The translations under genes and the position numbers were made by a program. Shown here piece by piece: positions 1-7,461 of a stretch of 32,000 bases of DNA (positions are counted from its first letter, which is position 1; the number at the start of each line of letters is the position of its first letter). The stretch is from Pirellula staleyi DSM 6068 (GTDB lineage: Bacteria > Planctomycetota > Planctomycetia > Pirellulales > Pirellulaceae). The stretch spans positions 3,390,001 through 3,422,000 of the forward strand of contig CP001848.1 in the NCBI GenBank assembly GCA_000025185.1, read 5' to 3'. Under the pieces are notes generated by a model, which saw nothing but the letters and a program-made list of their open reading frames with translations, ran no database searches and was not told the origin of the DNA.

Positions 1-11
1 GGTGAGAAGTC

Positions 12-392
12 GTGTCGAAAGTTAAGAAGAAGAAAATTCGTCGCAATGTGACGGTCGCCATCGCTCACGTGAAAGCGACCTTCAACAACACGACCGTTAC
101 TGTCACCGACACCAAGGGTGACACGCTTTGTTGGGCTAGCGCTGGCACCTGTGGCTTCAAAGGAAGCCGCAAGAGCACCCCGTTTGCCGGACAGTGCGCT
201 GGTCAGCAAGCTGCCGAGAAGGCTTCGAAATATGGTGTGAAGGAACTGGAAGTTCGCGTGAAAGGTCCCGGTTCGGGCCGCGAAAGTGCAATCACCGCAT
301 TGCAGACCGCTGGCATGACCGTCAAGACGATTGAAGATTGCACGCCGATCCCACACAACGGCTGCCGTCCTCCGAAGCGTCGCCGCGTGTGA
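12..392 (+). CDS. rpsK: 30S ribosomal protein S11
   Basis: 126 aa with a GTG start at 12. Hallmark S11 sequence is present: N-terminal lysine run, [16 protein letters not shown], and the C-terminal [16 protein letters not shown]. It lies directly upstream of rpoA, as in the alpha operon. Confidence 0.97.
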   Translation: MSKVKKKKIRRNVTVAIAHVKATFNNTTVTVTDTKGDTLCWASAGTCGFKGSRKSTPFAGQCAGQQAAEKASKYGVKELEVRVKGPGSGRESAITALQTAGMTVKTIEDCTPIPHNGCRPPKRRRV

Positions 393-520
393 TCTGGCGT
401 TGTCTATGCTCGTCTGCTGAGTACCTCACAGAGTGTCTCGCAGTCGCTAGGCAACCTAAGCTCGCAACAGACCGTTCCCCCTGACGTATTTTTCGATTTG
501 GTTCCTCGGGAGAGATTGCA

Positions 521-1513
521 ATGCATATTCGCTGGCGGGGATTCGAACTTCCCAGCATCGTCAACTGCGATGCCACCACACTCACTTCGACCTACGGCAA
601 ATTCGTTGCCGAACCGTTCGAGCGTGGCTTCGGCACCACAATTGGCAATAGCTTGCGTCGAATCCTGCTGTCGAGCCTCGAAGGTTCCGCTATTACGCAG
701 ATCAAGATTCGTGGCGCTCAGCACGAGTTCACCACCATCCCCGGTGTTCTCGAAGATGTCACCGACATCGTGCTCAACGTCAAGTCGCTGGTGGTGAAGA
801 ATCACAGCGAATCGACCCGTGTGATCACCGTCGAAAAGAACACCACCGGTTTGATTACAGGTGCCGATGTTCAAGTTGATAGCGACGTTGAAATCATCAA
901 CAAGAACCACGTTCTGGCGACCCTGACCGACAACGTTCCATTCATGATGGAAATGGTTGTTGAAAATGGTCGTGGTTATATTCCAGCAACCGAGCATAGC
1001 ACCGGCGATCACGAAATCGGCATCATTCCCATTGATGCCGTGTTCAGCCCGATCACCCGTGTTCGCTATGAAGTGGAAGAAACCCGCGTGGGTCAAAAGA
1101 CGAACTACGATCGCCTGACGCTTGAGATCTGGACCAATGGTTCGATCCATCCTGAAATGGCGCTCGTCGAATCGGCCAAGATTCTCCGCAAGCATCTCAA
1201 TCCGTTCGTGCAGTACTCTGAACTCGGCCCACGCGTGCATGCCCCATCTCGTGGTGGCAGCCCTGTGGTCGACGGTGCTCTCGACGGCAAGCTTGCCATG
1301 AGCTTGGCTGAATTGAAGCTGTCGGTTCGAGCCATGAACTGCCTCGAATCGGAAAACATCCACACCGTTCGCGACTTGGTGCAGAAGACAGAAGATCAAC
1401 TGCTTGAAGTTCGCAACTTCGGCGAGACTACACTCAACGAAGTCAAAGACAAATTGCACGACCTGGGTATGTACTTGGGAATGCGAGTTCCGCCAGCTTC
1501 GATGGCTCGCTAG
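521..1513 (+). CDS. rpoA: DNA-directed RNA polymerase subunit alpha
   Basis: 330 aa with ATG at 521 and a GGGAGAG SD-like element upstream. N-terminal domain motif [23 protein letters not shown]. The C-terminal domain has the [21 protein letters not shown] helix-hairpin-helix. Length is typical for RpoA. Confidence 0.97.
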   Translation: MHIRWRGFELPSIVNCDATTLTSTYGKFVAEPFERGFGTTIGNSLRRILLSSLEGSAITQIKIRGAQHEFTTIPGVLEDVTDIVLNVKSLVVKNHSESTRVITVEKNTTGLITGADVQVDSDVEIINKNHVLATLTDNVPFMMEMVVENGRGYIPATEHSTGDHEIGIIPIDAVFSPITRVRYEVEETRVGQKTNYDRLTLEIWTNGSIHPEMALVESAKILRKHLNPFVQYSELGPRVHAPSRGGSPVVDGALDGKLAMSLAELKLSVRAMNCLESENIHTVRDLVQKTEDQLLEVRNFGETTLNEVKDKLHDLGMYLGMRVPPASMAR

Positions 1514-1583
1514 TCATCGATGATGCCTGATTTTGGAACTCAGATCCTCAGCCGCCCACTTTTTTGATATTTGCGAGTTTGCC

Positions 1584-2162
1584 ATGCGTCACCGTCGTAA
1601 AGGCCGCGTCCTCGGCCGTAGCCCAAGTCACCGCAAAGCTTTGCTGAAGAATCTCGCTGCGGCGCTGGTTCTCACTGAACGCGACGCCGAGGGAGAAGAG
1701 AATGCTCCTAAGGTGAAGGGACGCATCGTTACCACGCTGCATAAGGCGAAAGAAGTTCGCCCGCTCGTCGAACGTTGCATCACCATTGCTCGTCGTTCGC
1801 TCAAGCACATTGAAGCTGCCAAAAAGCTCGGCACCGAAGCCAAGCGTGGCACCGAAGCTTGGAATCAGTGGCGAAAGAGCCCGCAGTGGCGCGATTGGGC
1901 CAAGGCAGTTGCACCAGCTGTTGCTGCTCGCCGCCAAGCGATTCGTATGCTTGGTGACAAGACGGCCGTTCGCATTCTATTCAACGACCTCGGCCCTCGC
2001 TTTAAGGATCGCGACGGGGGTTACACCCGCGTTGTTCGTCTTGCCAAGCCACGCCTGGGTGACGCCGGTACTCGAGCCATCATCGAATTCGTAGGCATTC
2101 GCGATCGCGTCGTTCAGAAGGCTGAGAAGCCTTCGTTCGGTGGCGATGAAGCTTCGAACTAA
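1584..2162 (+). CDS. rplQ: 50S ribosomal protein L17, with lineage-specific insertions and a C-terminal tail
   Basis: MRHRRKGRVLGRSPSHRKALLKNLA at the N-terminus, with LFNDLGPRFKDRDGGYTRVVRL near the C-terminus, are canonical L17 blocks. I chose ATG 1584 over the ORF-track TTG 1533 because the conserved L17 N-terminus begins at MRH. Confidence 0.93.
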   Translation: MRHRRKGRVLGRSPSHRKALLKNLAAALVLTERDAEGEENAPKVKGRIVTTLHKAKEVRPLVERCITIARRSLKHIEAAKKLGTEAKRGTEAWNQWRKSPQWRDWAKAVAPAVAARRQAIRMLGDKTAVRILFNDLGPRFKDRDGGYTRVVRLAKPRLGDAGTRAIIEFVGIRDRVVQKAEKPSFGGDEASN

Positions 2163-2215
2163 GGTCGATTGGTTCGCTCGTTCTGGGCACCTCATCCAAA
2201 CGATTTAAGCAAAAG

Positions 2216-2244
2216 CGAGTTCGCTCCGGCTAACTCGGTTTTTT
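2216..2244 (+). terminator. weak candidate intrinsic terminator after rplQ
   Basis: CGAGTT (2216-2221) pairs with AACTCG (2232-2237). The loop is 10 nt and the stem is followed by G then TTTTTT (2239-2244). The element sits about 55 nt after the rplQ stop. The stem is short, so confidence is low. Confidence 0.35.
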
Positions 2245-2368
2245 GCTGCGCGTTGCTTGCCCGGAAAGATGGCAAAAGTGCTTTGATCCGCACTTGTTTC
2301 CCCCGTCGACCTGAAGCATCATAGGCCCATCATTCGAAAAATCGTTCCGGGAACAGGAGTTTCTCCCG

Positions 2369-3025
2369 GTGGCTAAATCACGAGCAGAACATCGACGGGG
2401 AAGCAGCGGCGCATCAGCACGTGGGGAATTAGCTCCCGTGCTCCGTGCAAAGTCTGTGTTCGACTTTACTGCCGCCATTCGGAGCGTCTGCATCGAAGCG
2501 GTGGCCGTGACCCCCGAGCTATCGCACGTCGATTTTTCGCGGATTGCCGTCACCTTCAGCCAGGCACGCAGCACGAGTAAGTGGGGGCTCTATGCGTCCC
2601 TCACACCACTTCGATTTGAAGGTGGGAGTGCAGTCGGTGTTCGTCGGGGAAAGAAGCTGCGGATTCAGCGAGTCGTTTCACCCGCTGGTGTCGAGATGCT
2701 CTACATCCTGACGTTTTGTCTTCCCCGGTTTATGAACCTCGATTTCCGCGAGAAGCTGATCACGATCTTCCACGAACTGTGGCACATTAGCCCGAAGTTT
2801 GACGGTGATATTCGCCGACACGAGGGACGCTGCTATGCCCACTCGTCGTCGCAAGCGGCGTACGATTTTGAAATGGGAAAGCTTGCCGATCGCTGGATGA
2901 CGCGTGGCATCGATCCGGCACTCGTCGGTTTTCTCGAGGGAAATTTCAACAGCCTGGCGACCAACTTTGGCCGAGTAGTGGGAATGAAATGCCCGCGTCC
3001 TCGACTTCTTCCGGCGGATCGGTAG
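2369..3025 (+). CDS. hypothetical protein with an HExxH motif (putative zinc metallopeptidase-like)
   Basis: 218 aa with a GTG start. The single clear motif is FHELWHISPKFDGDIRRHEGRCYAHS, an HExxH followed by His/Cys candidates for a third ligand. I do not recognise a family. Coding-like composition and absence of a better overlapping ORF support the call. Confidence 0.6.
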   Translation: MAKSRAEHRRGSSGASARGELAPVLRAKSVFDFTAAIRSVCIEAVAVTPELSHVDFSRIAVTFSQARSTSKWGLYASLTPLRFEGGSAVGVRRGKKLRIQRVVSPAGVEMLYILTFCLPRFMNLDFREKLITIFHELWHISPKFDGDIRRHEGRCYAHSSSQAAYDFEMGKLADRWMTRGIDPALVGFLEGNFNSLATNFGRVVGMKCPRPRLLPADR

Positions 3026-3152
3026 TCAAAACCGCTCGATCTGCTCGCTTCCGGCTCCCGGCAATTGCCTGCGAGCACTGCCGTAGCTACAAGTAAAGAA
3101 GGGGCCCACTTGGGGCAATCCGAAGAGTGCCCGGCGTTTGCGAGGTACCAAC

Positions 3153-3473
3153 ATGCCAATCTATGTCTACGAAGTTATCACCGAAGGTGGCCAGCCAGGC
3201 GAGCGTTTTGAACTTTATCAGAGCATGGCCGACGACGCGCTGACCAAACATCCCGAGTCGGGTCTACCTGTACGGCGCGTGATTCAGCCGCCTAACATTG
3301 GCGGGCGTTGGTCGGATGGAGCAATGAGCCGGTCGGTTGCCGACGATAAGAAGCTCGATCGCCTCGGATTCACAAAGTATGTGAAAGCTGGTGATGGCCA
3401 TTACGAAAAACGGGCAGGCCAAGGGCCTGACGTAATTTCCGCCGACAAGCCGTTTACGATGCCAGACGATTAA
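3153..3473 (+). CDS. FmdB-family-like small protein lacking the zinc-ribbon cysteines
   Basis: The N-terminus MPIYVYEV..GERFELYQSMADDALTKHPESGLPVRRVI follows the FmdB/CxxC_CxxC_SSSS scaffold (MPxYxYxCxxCgxxFExxQsmsDxpLxxCPxCGgxlrRli), but non-Cys residues occupy all four Cys positions. I prefer ATG 3153 over the ORF-track TTG 3138. Confidence 0.65.
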   Translation: MPIYVYEVITEGGQPGERFELYQSMADDALTKHPESGLPVRRVIQPPNIGGRWSDGAMSRSVADDKKLDRLGFTKYVKAGDGHYEKRAGQGPDVISADKPFTMPDD

Positions 3474-3516
3474 CTGTCCGCAAGTGGCTGCGGCGTAAAT
3501 GTGTGCGCCTCGGTGG

Positions 3517-4899
3517 CTACTTCAAGCTGCGATGATATGCCTGTCGTTGCCCATCGCTCCCCTTGGCGACGGTGGTGCCCTTCCACTCGGCAGAGGCAGC
3601 CTCGAGTGCTTTCTGGGCATCGGACTTCTTACTCAGAGTATCGCGAACCGCTTTATCGAGTGCCTCGGCGTAAAGCTGATAGCCGGGGACTCGCAGAGGG
3701 ATCAGTTGCTCGGAGGCTTCCAGCGTTTGCTTGAGGGCTTCTTTGGCGCTCTCGAGCGGGGCTCCAGCGAGTTCTCCTGTCCAGCTCGAGAGTTGCTCGA
3801 GTTGTTGGGGACTCGTGGGGCAGGTATCTGCACAGGCTGGCGCGATGCGACTGGCAATTTCGCTTGATGTCAGCCACCAAAGAAAGGTGGCTGCCAGTTG
3901 CGGCTGATCCGACGCGCTAGCCACCGAGACGATACGCCCCGAAAAACCTCCGAAAGCAATGGTGGAGCCTTCCTCGCTGCTGGGGAGCGGGACAAACCGA
4001 ATCGACTCACGAATCGTCTTTGGGGTGGCATCGAGAGCGGCTTCGTCGAGACGCTCGGGAAAAGCGATCGCCATGGCGCATTCGCCAGCCACAATTTTTT
4101 GCCAGCAAAGAGAAGGTGATAGTTCGTCGGTTTGACCAGCGCTAGTTGCGTCGGACACAAGAGCGGAAAGGGCATCGACGATTGCGGGCGAGGTGAGCCG
4201 AGGTTCGAGGGTGTCGTAGTTCAGCAGAGGAGAAATCTGAGATCCAGCGGCCAATTTGCTGGCGGCACGTGCGAGCATCCAATTGCCCCCATTCTGCGGA
4301 GCTGTCGGCTGCAACAGCGAGTACCATTTCTCTTTCGCAATCGGCAAGTCTGCAAACTGCGACCGATCCGCAAGTCGCTGGCAGGCTTCGCTTAATTGAG
4401 CCCAGGTCTGGGGTGGCTCGATTCCGGCTTGGGCGAGCAAGTCGCTGCGGTAGGCGAGTAGCCAGCGAGGCGATCCCAGGCTGACACCAAAAGTTTGCCC
4501 CTCCCAGCGAGTTTCGGCGCGAACGTTGGCGAATTGCTCGCGCACATCGCGAGCTTGCGATTCCACTTCATCCGTCGGCAGAGGGGCAATCAGATCGGCT
4601 TCGGCAAGCGATCCAAGCATCATGGTCGGGAAGATGACGACATCGGTTCCCAGTCGCTTAGCTTGCGAAAGATCGGCAGCGGTGACATGTTCGATCGATA
4701 GCGGGGTATCGAAGCGGGCGCTCCATTCCCGCTGCAGGACCTCGTCGAGCGAAGTCTCGTCGACCAACAGAATTCGGAGAGGGGCTGCCTCTTTGGCGGC
4801 GTTAGGCTCTGGCGTTTCGACGCTCGGCTGACATCCCAGCGCAACCATCGCGGCGATCAGCAGAGCAGGTAGACGCGATGTTCGCCAAAAACCGTACAT
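3517..4899 (-). CDS. extracellular solute-binding protein (family 1, MalE-like), lipoprotein; no cognate permease or ATPase adjacent
   Basis: Start taken at the internal ATG 4899, giving MYGFWRTSRLPALLIAAMVALGCQ, a signal peptide with lipobox ALGC. SBP-1-like blocks are DVVIFPTMMLGSLAEADLIAPLP, WEGQTFGVSLGSPRWLLAYRSDLL, and a C-terminal KALEAASAEWKG region. The upstream 47 codons of the ORF-track call look non-coding. Confidence 0.8.
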   Translation of the reverse strand: MYGFWRTSRLPALLIAAMVALGCQPSVETPEPNAAKEAAPLRILLVDETSLDEVLQREWSARFDTPLSIEHVTAADLSQAKRLGTDVVIFPTMMLGSLAEADLIAPLPTDEVESQARDVREQFANVRAETRWEGQTFGVSLGSPRWLLAYRSDLLAQAGIEPPQTWAQLSEACQRLADRSQFADLPIAKEKWYSLLQPTAPQNGGNWMLARAASKLAAGSQISPLLNYDTLEPRLTSPAIVDALSALVSDATSAGQTDELSPSLCWQKIVAGECAMAIAFPERLDEAALDATPKTIRESIRFVPLPSSEEGSTIAFGGFSGRIVSVASASDQPQLAATFLWWLTSSEIASRIAPACADTCPTSPQQLEQLSSWTGELAGAPLESAKEALKQTLEASEQLIPLRVPGYQLYAEALDKAVRDTLSKKSDAQKALEAASAEWKGTTVAKGSDGQRQAYHRSLK

Positions 4900-5054
4900 G
4901 ACTAGACCTGGAGAGCAGATTGGTTGCGGGGCGATTTGAAAGAACTCTTTGCCAAGAATAGCACAGCGTGAGGTTTCGGACAGACGCATACTACGATCAC
5001 TCGGCGTAGCGAGTTCGCAGCTGTCGGAACTATTCATCAACTGCGGCTCGCGAG

Positions 5055-6029
5055 CTATGGCGAGAAGATTTCAATCGAAGCGCCGGTGTTTCGAGGTCGG
5101 CTCATGATCAGGCTTGCGAGTTCACTTGGGGCCTGCTGATGGGCAATGCAGCTCTGCACTTTTTCGCACAGGTCTGCCGCACGTTCTTCGCTAGGCATCA
5201 CCACGGCGAGCGTGGGGCCCCACGAGCTTTGCACCACTCCCTCGCAGCCATTTTCCCGCAGCCACTCGACCCAGGCTGTGAGTAGGGGGCCGTTGTAATT
5301 CCCTTGCTGAATCGAGGCAAAAAAACTGCCGGCAATGTTCCCATAGCGATACAAACTGGCGGCAAACGTGCTGAAATCGTGTGTGGCCGCTGATGGAATC
5401 AACTGCTCGTTAGCTTCGCGTATCAGCATGTCGGTGGTGGAACTGGCGACCTGGGGAAGACTAGCCATCGCGCGCGATTCTTCTTCACCCGCCAAACCGG
5501 GCTGAGCGCGCGGACAGAGCAGCACGAATCGCCACTCGCTTGGCAAGTCGATGCGACAATCGAGATCGCCCAACGCGGCACCACTTTTGCCCCCATCCAC
5601 AATCAACCCACCAAGCATGAACCCGTGCGTTCCCACAGCCGAGCGTTTGCCGCGTCCGCTGCAGGCTGCCAGTTCCGCTGCACCCAGTGGGGGCAAATCT
5701 GCAAATGCTTCTAGCGCCGCGACTGTGGCGAGTGCCAGTTGGGTCCCCACACCTAGTCCGGTGTGCTGCGGCGGCACTACCACGGGGATCAGGTCGCAGT
5801 GCGGCAACTCTTTCAGTTGCAGCTGCGATTGCCACCGCGATGCTGCGGTCAGGATGCGAGTTGCATGTTCTCCAAGGATCGAAAACCCAGCCGACTCGCG
5901 CGCTTCGAGCACCAATTGCGGCGCCTCGAGCATGGCACCAACGCCCGCAAATGCGCGATCACCACCAGCGAGCGACATCAACCCGAAGTGCAATCGACTA
6001 CCTGTAGTGATCCGAACAACCCGTGCCAC
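5055..6029 (-). CDS. mptG: beta-ribofuranosylaminobenzene 5'-phosphate (beta-RFAP) synthase, GHMP-kinase fold
   Basis: The N-terminus after GTG 6029 reads (M)ARVVRITTGSRLHFGLMSL. The GHMP phosphate-binding-like motif PPQHTGLGVGTQLALATVAALEAF is present, and length is about 325 aa. These features match archaeal and methylotroph RFAP synthases from memory. The ORF-track start 6269 would overlap the upstream gene by 226 nt and encodes Arg/Cys-rich junk. Confidence 0.8.
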   Translation of the reverse strand: MARVVRITTGSRLHFGLMSLAGGDRAFAGVGAMLEAPQLVLEARESAGFSILGEHATRILTAASRWQSQLQLKELPHCDLIPVVVPPQHTGLGVGTQLALATVAALEAFADLPPLGAAELAACSGRGKRSAVGTHGFMLGGLIVDGGKSGAALGDLDCRIDLPSEWRFVLLCPRAQPGLAGEEESRAMASLPQVASSTTDMLIREANEQLIPSAATHDFSTFAASLYRYGNIAGSFFASIQQGNYNGPLLTAWVEWLRENGCEGVVQSSWGPTLAVVMPSEERAADLCEKVQSCIAHQQAPSELASLIMSRPRNTGASIEIFSP

Positions 6030-6043
6030 GCCTGAATCGCCCT

Positions 6044-6673
6044 TTAGTGATGTTCGGTCTCGTTGGTTGCAGGTTCGCTGCAGAGTTTGGCCAGAACAAC
6101 GCGTCCGAGAATGGCAAACGCATCTCGCTCCCGCTCCCCGCCTGTCTTGTCGACGAGAGGTCGGAGTCGCTGTAATTGATCGAGGATTTCCGCGGAGGGA
6201 AGGATGCCGACACGTGATGCGAGAATGGCAGCTTCGATCACGGCGTGCATGGCCCGATTGAATCCCCAAAAGGGCCGCTCTTCACCTTGGTCAACCACTT
6301 CACAGCGAGCAATCCATCGCGGTGACGATCCTTCCCACTCGCGGACTCGCAAAGCATACCAGCGACAGCATTGTTCGAGGATCACCCCTTCAATCCCTTC
6401 GGCCTGCCGATGAGCAGGTAGGGAGGCGAGTTCACTGGCGAGCACGCGTGCGATCAGCAGCACATCGTCGGTGACGTGAAAAACAGCGACACCTCGTGCT
6501 CGCAAATGCTGGTAGGTCTGTGAAGTTTCAAACGGCTTCAAGACAAAGCTTGTGCACGCGCGATCGACGACTGGCCCCATCGCAGCCAAATGAGGGCGGC
6601 TGTCGGGTGCGATGGTCGTGAGCAATCCCTCGAGCACCATCAGGTCGTTATCGCGTGCAGGAGAGATGGTCAT
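6044..6673 (-). CDS. DUF447-type protein (split-barrel flavin-binding-like), associated with methanopterin clusters
   Basis: 209 aa with ATG at 6673. Blocks such as PHLAAMGP, VAVFHVTDDVLLIA and FWGFNRAMHAVIEAAILASRVG resemble DUF447 proteins that accompany RFAP synthase in methylotrophs and archaea. This assignment is from recall, not a search. The stop lies 14 nt before the mptG start. Confidence 0.6.
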   Translation of the reverse strand: MTISPARDNDLMVLEGLLTTIAPDSRPHLAAMGPVVDRACTSFVLKPFETSQTYQHLRARGVAVFHVTDDVLLIARVLASELASLPAHRQAEGIEGVILEQCCRWYALRVREWEGSSPRWIARCEVVDQGEERPFWGFNRAMHAVIEAAILASRVGILPSAEILDQLQRLRPLVDKTGGERERDAFAILGRVVLAKLCSEPATNETEHH

Positions 6674-6723
6674 AGTGAAAGATTACACAGCTCAAGAAGA
6701 AGTTGTTTTGAAGCCGGATGAAC

Positions 6724-7389
6724 TTAAAAAGTAACCGGGCGCTGCGGGGGTACGAAGGGCTGCTGTTTGGTTTCACGAAGTTCATCAGCGATCGATAAAT
6801 GGTCGCTCGAAACTGCGAGTCCGGCGAGCTTCAGAAAATTGCTAAGCAAAGGATAGCCACAATCAGTAAGAATCGACTCGGGGTGAAACTGTAGGCCAAA
6901 CAAGGGAAAATCGCGGTGTTCAACCGCCATGATCGTACCATCTTCGGTCCGGGCCGTGATGCGTAGCGAATCGGGAAGCGTTGTTTCATCGATCACCAGC
7001 GAGTGATAACGCCCCACCGAGCAGTGCTGCGCAATACCTGAAAAAATCCCTGCACCTGTGTGCGTAATCGTGCTGGCTTGGCCATGCACGGCTCGCTGAG
7101 CACGAACAATGCGGGCGCCAAGTGCAGCTCCAATCGCTTGATGGCCCAGGCAAACACCCAAAATGGGTATCGTGGCGGCGAAAGTCCGAATCACTTCGAG
7201 GGAACAGCCTGCTTCGTTGGGTGTGCATGGGCCCGGCGAAATGATAATGGCGTCGGGGCGCAGGTCGCTCGCAATCTCTTGGATGGTGAGGCTGTCGTTA
7301 CGACGTACAACGGTCTCTTGCCCCAAATTGCGAAAGTAGCGAGCTAGGTTTTGCACAAAGCTATCGTAGTTGTCGACCAGTAGTAGCAT
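6724..7389 (-). CDS. pabA: aminodeoxychorismate/anthranilate synthase component II (class-I glutamine amidotransferase)
   Basis: MLLLVDNYDSFVQNLARYF at the N-terminus, the nucleophile elbow ILGVCLGHQAIG, and FGLQFHPESI with the catalytic His/Glu region. Assigned to PabA rather than TrpG because it lies next to a PabB-type component I. Confidence 0.85.
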   Translation of the reverse strand: MLLLVDNYDSFVQNLARYFRNLGQETVVRRNDSLTIQEIASDLRPDAIIISPGPCTPNEAGCSLEVIRTFAATIPILGVCLGHQAIGAALGARIVRAQRAVHGQASTITHTGAGIFSGIAQHCSVGRYHSLVIDETTLPDSLRITARTEDGTIMAVEHRDFPLFGLQFHPESILTDCGYPLLSNFLKLAGLAVSSDHLSIADELRETKQQPFVPPQRPVTF

Positions 7390-7461
7390 CGTGCGAGGAA
7401 CTTTTGCGAGGACAGTAAAAGGTCTTGCGGAGGGATGATCGAGCGGGATCGTGGGAGCGGC

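Noticed and set aside
404-1459. 351-aa ORF on the minus strand antisense to rpoA
   Set aside because: It lies entirely within the unmistakable rpoA CDS. Its translation is compositionally odd, and it is a typical shadow ORF of GC-rich DNA.
4930-4960. TGGCAA-N5-TCTT upstream of the orphan SBP, considered as a sigma-54 -24/-12 promoter
   Set aside because: The -12 element does not match TTGC. Only the GG dinucleotide context fits.
5055-6269. ORF-track N-terminal extensions of several genes: mptG to 6269, the SBP to 5040, rplQ from 1533, the ABC ATPase to 24922, the permease to 26129 and the lipoprotein to 17360
   Set aside because: The extensions overlap upstream genes or encode non-protein-like sequence. 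Internal starts restore conserved N-termini, signal peptides or ATGA/GTGA coupling.
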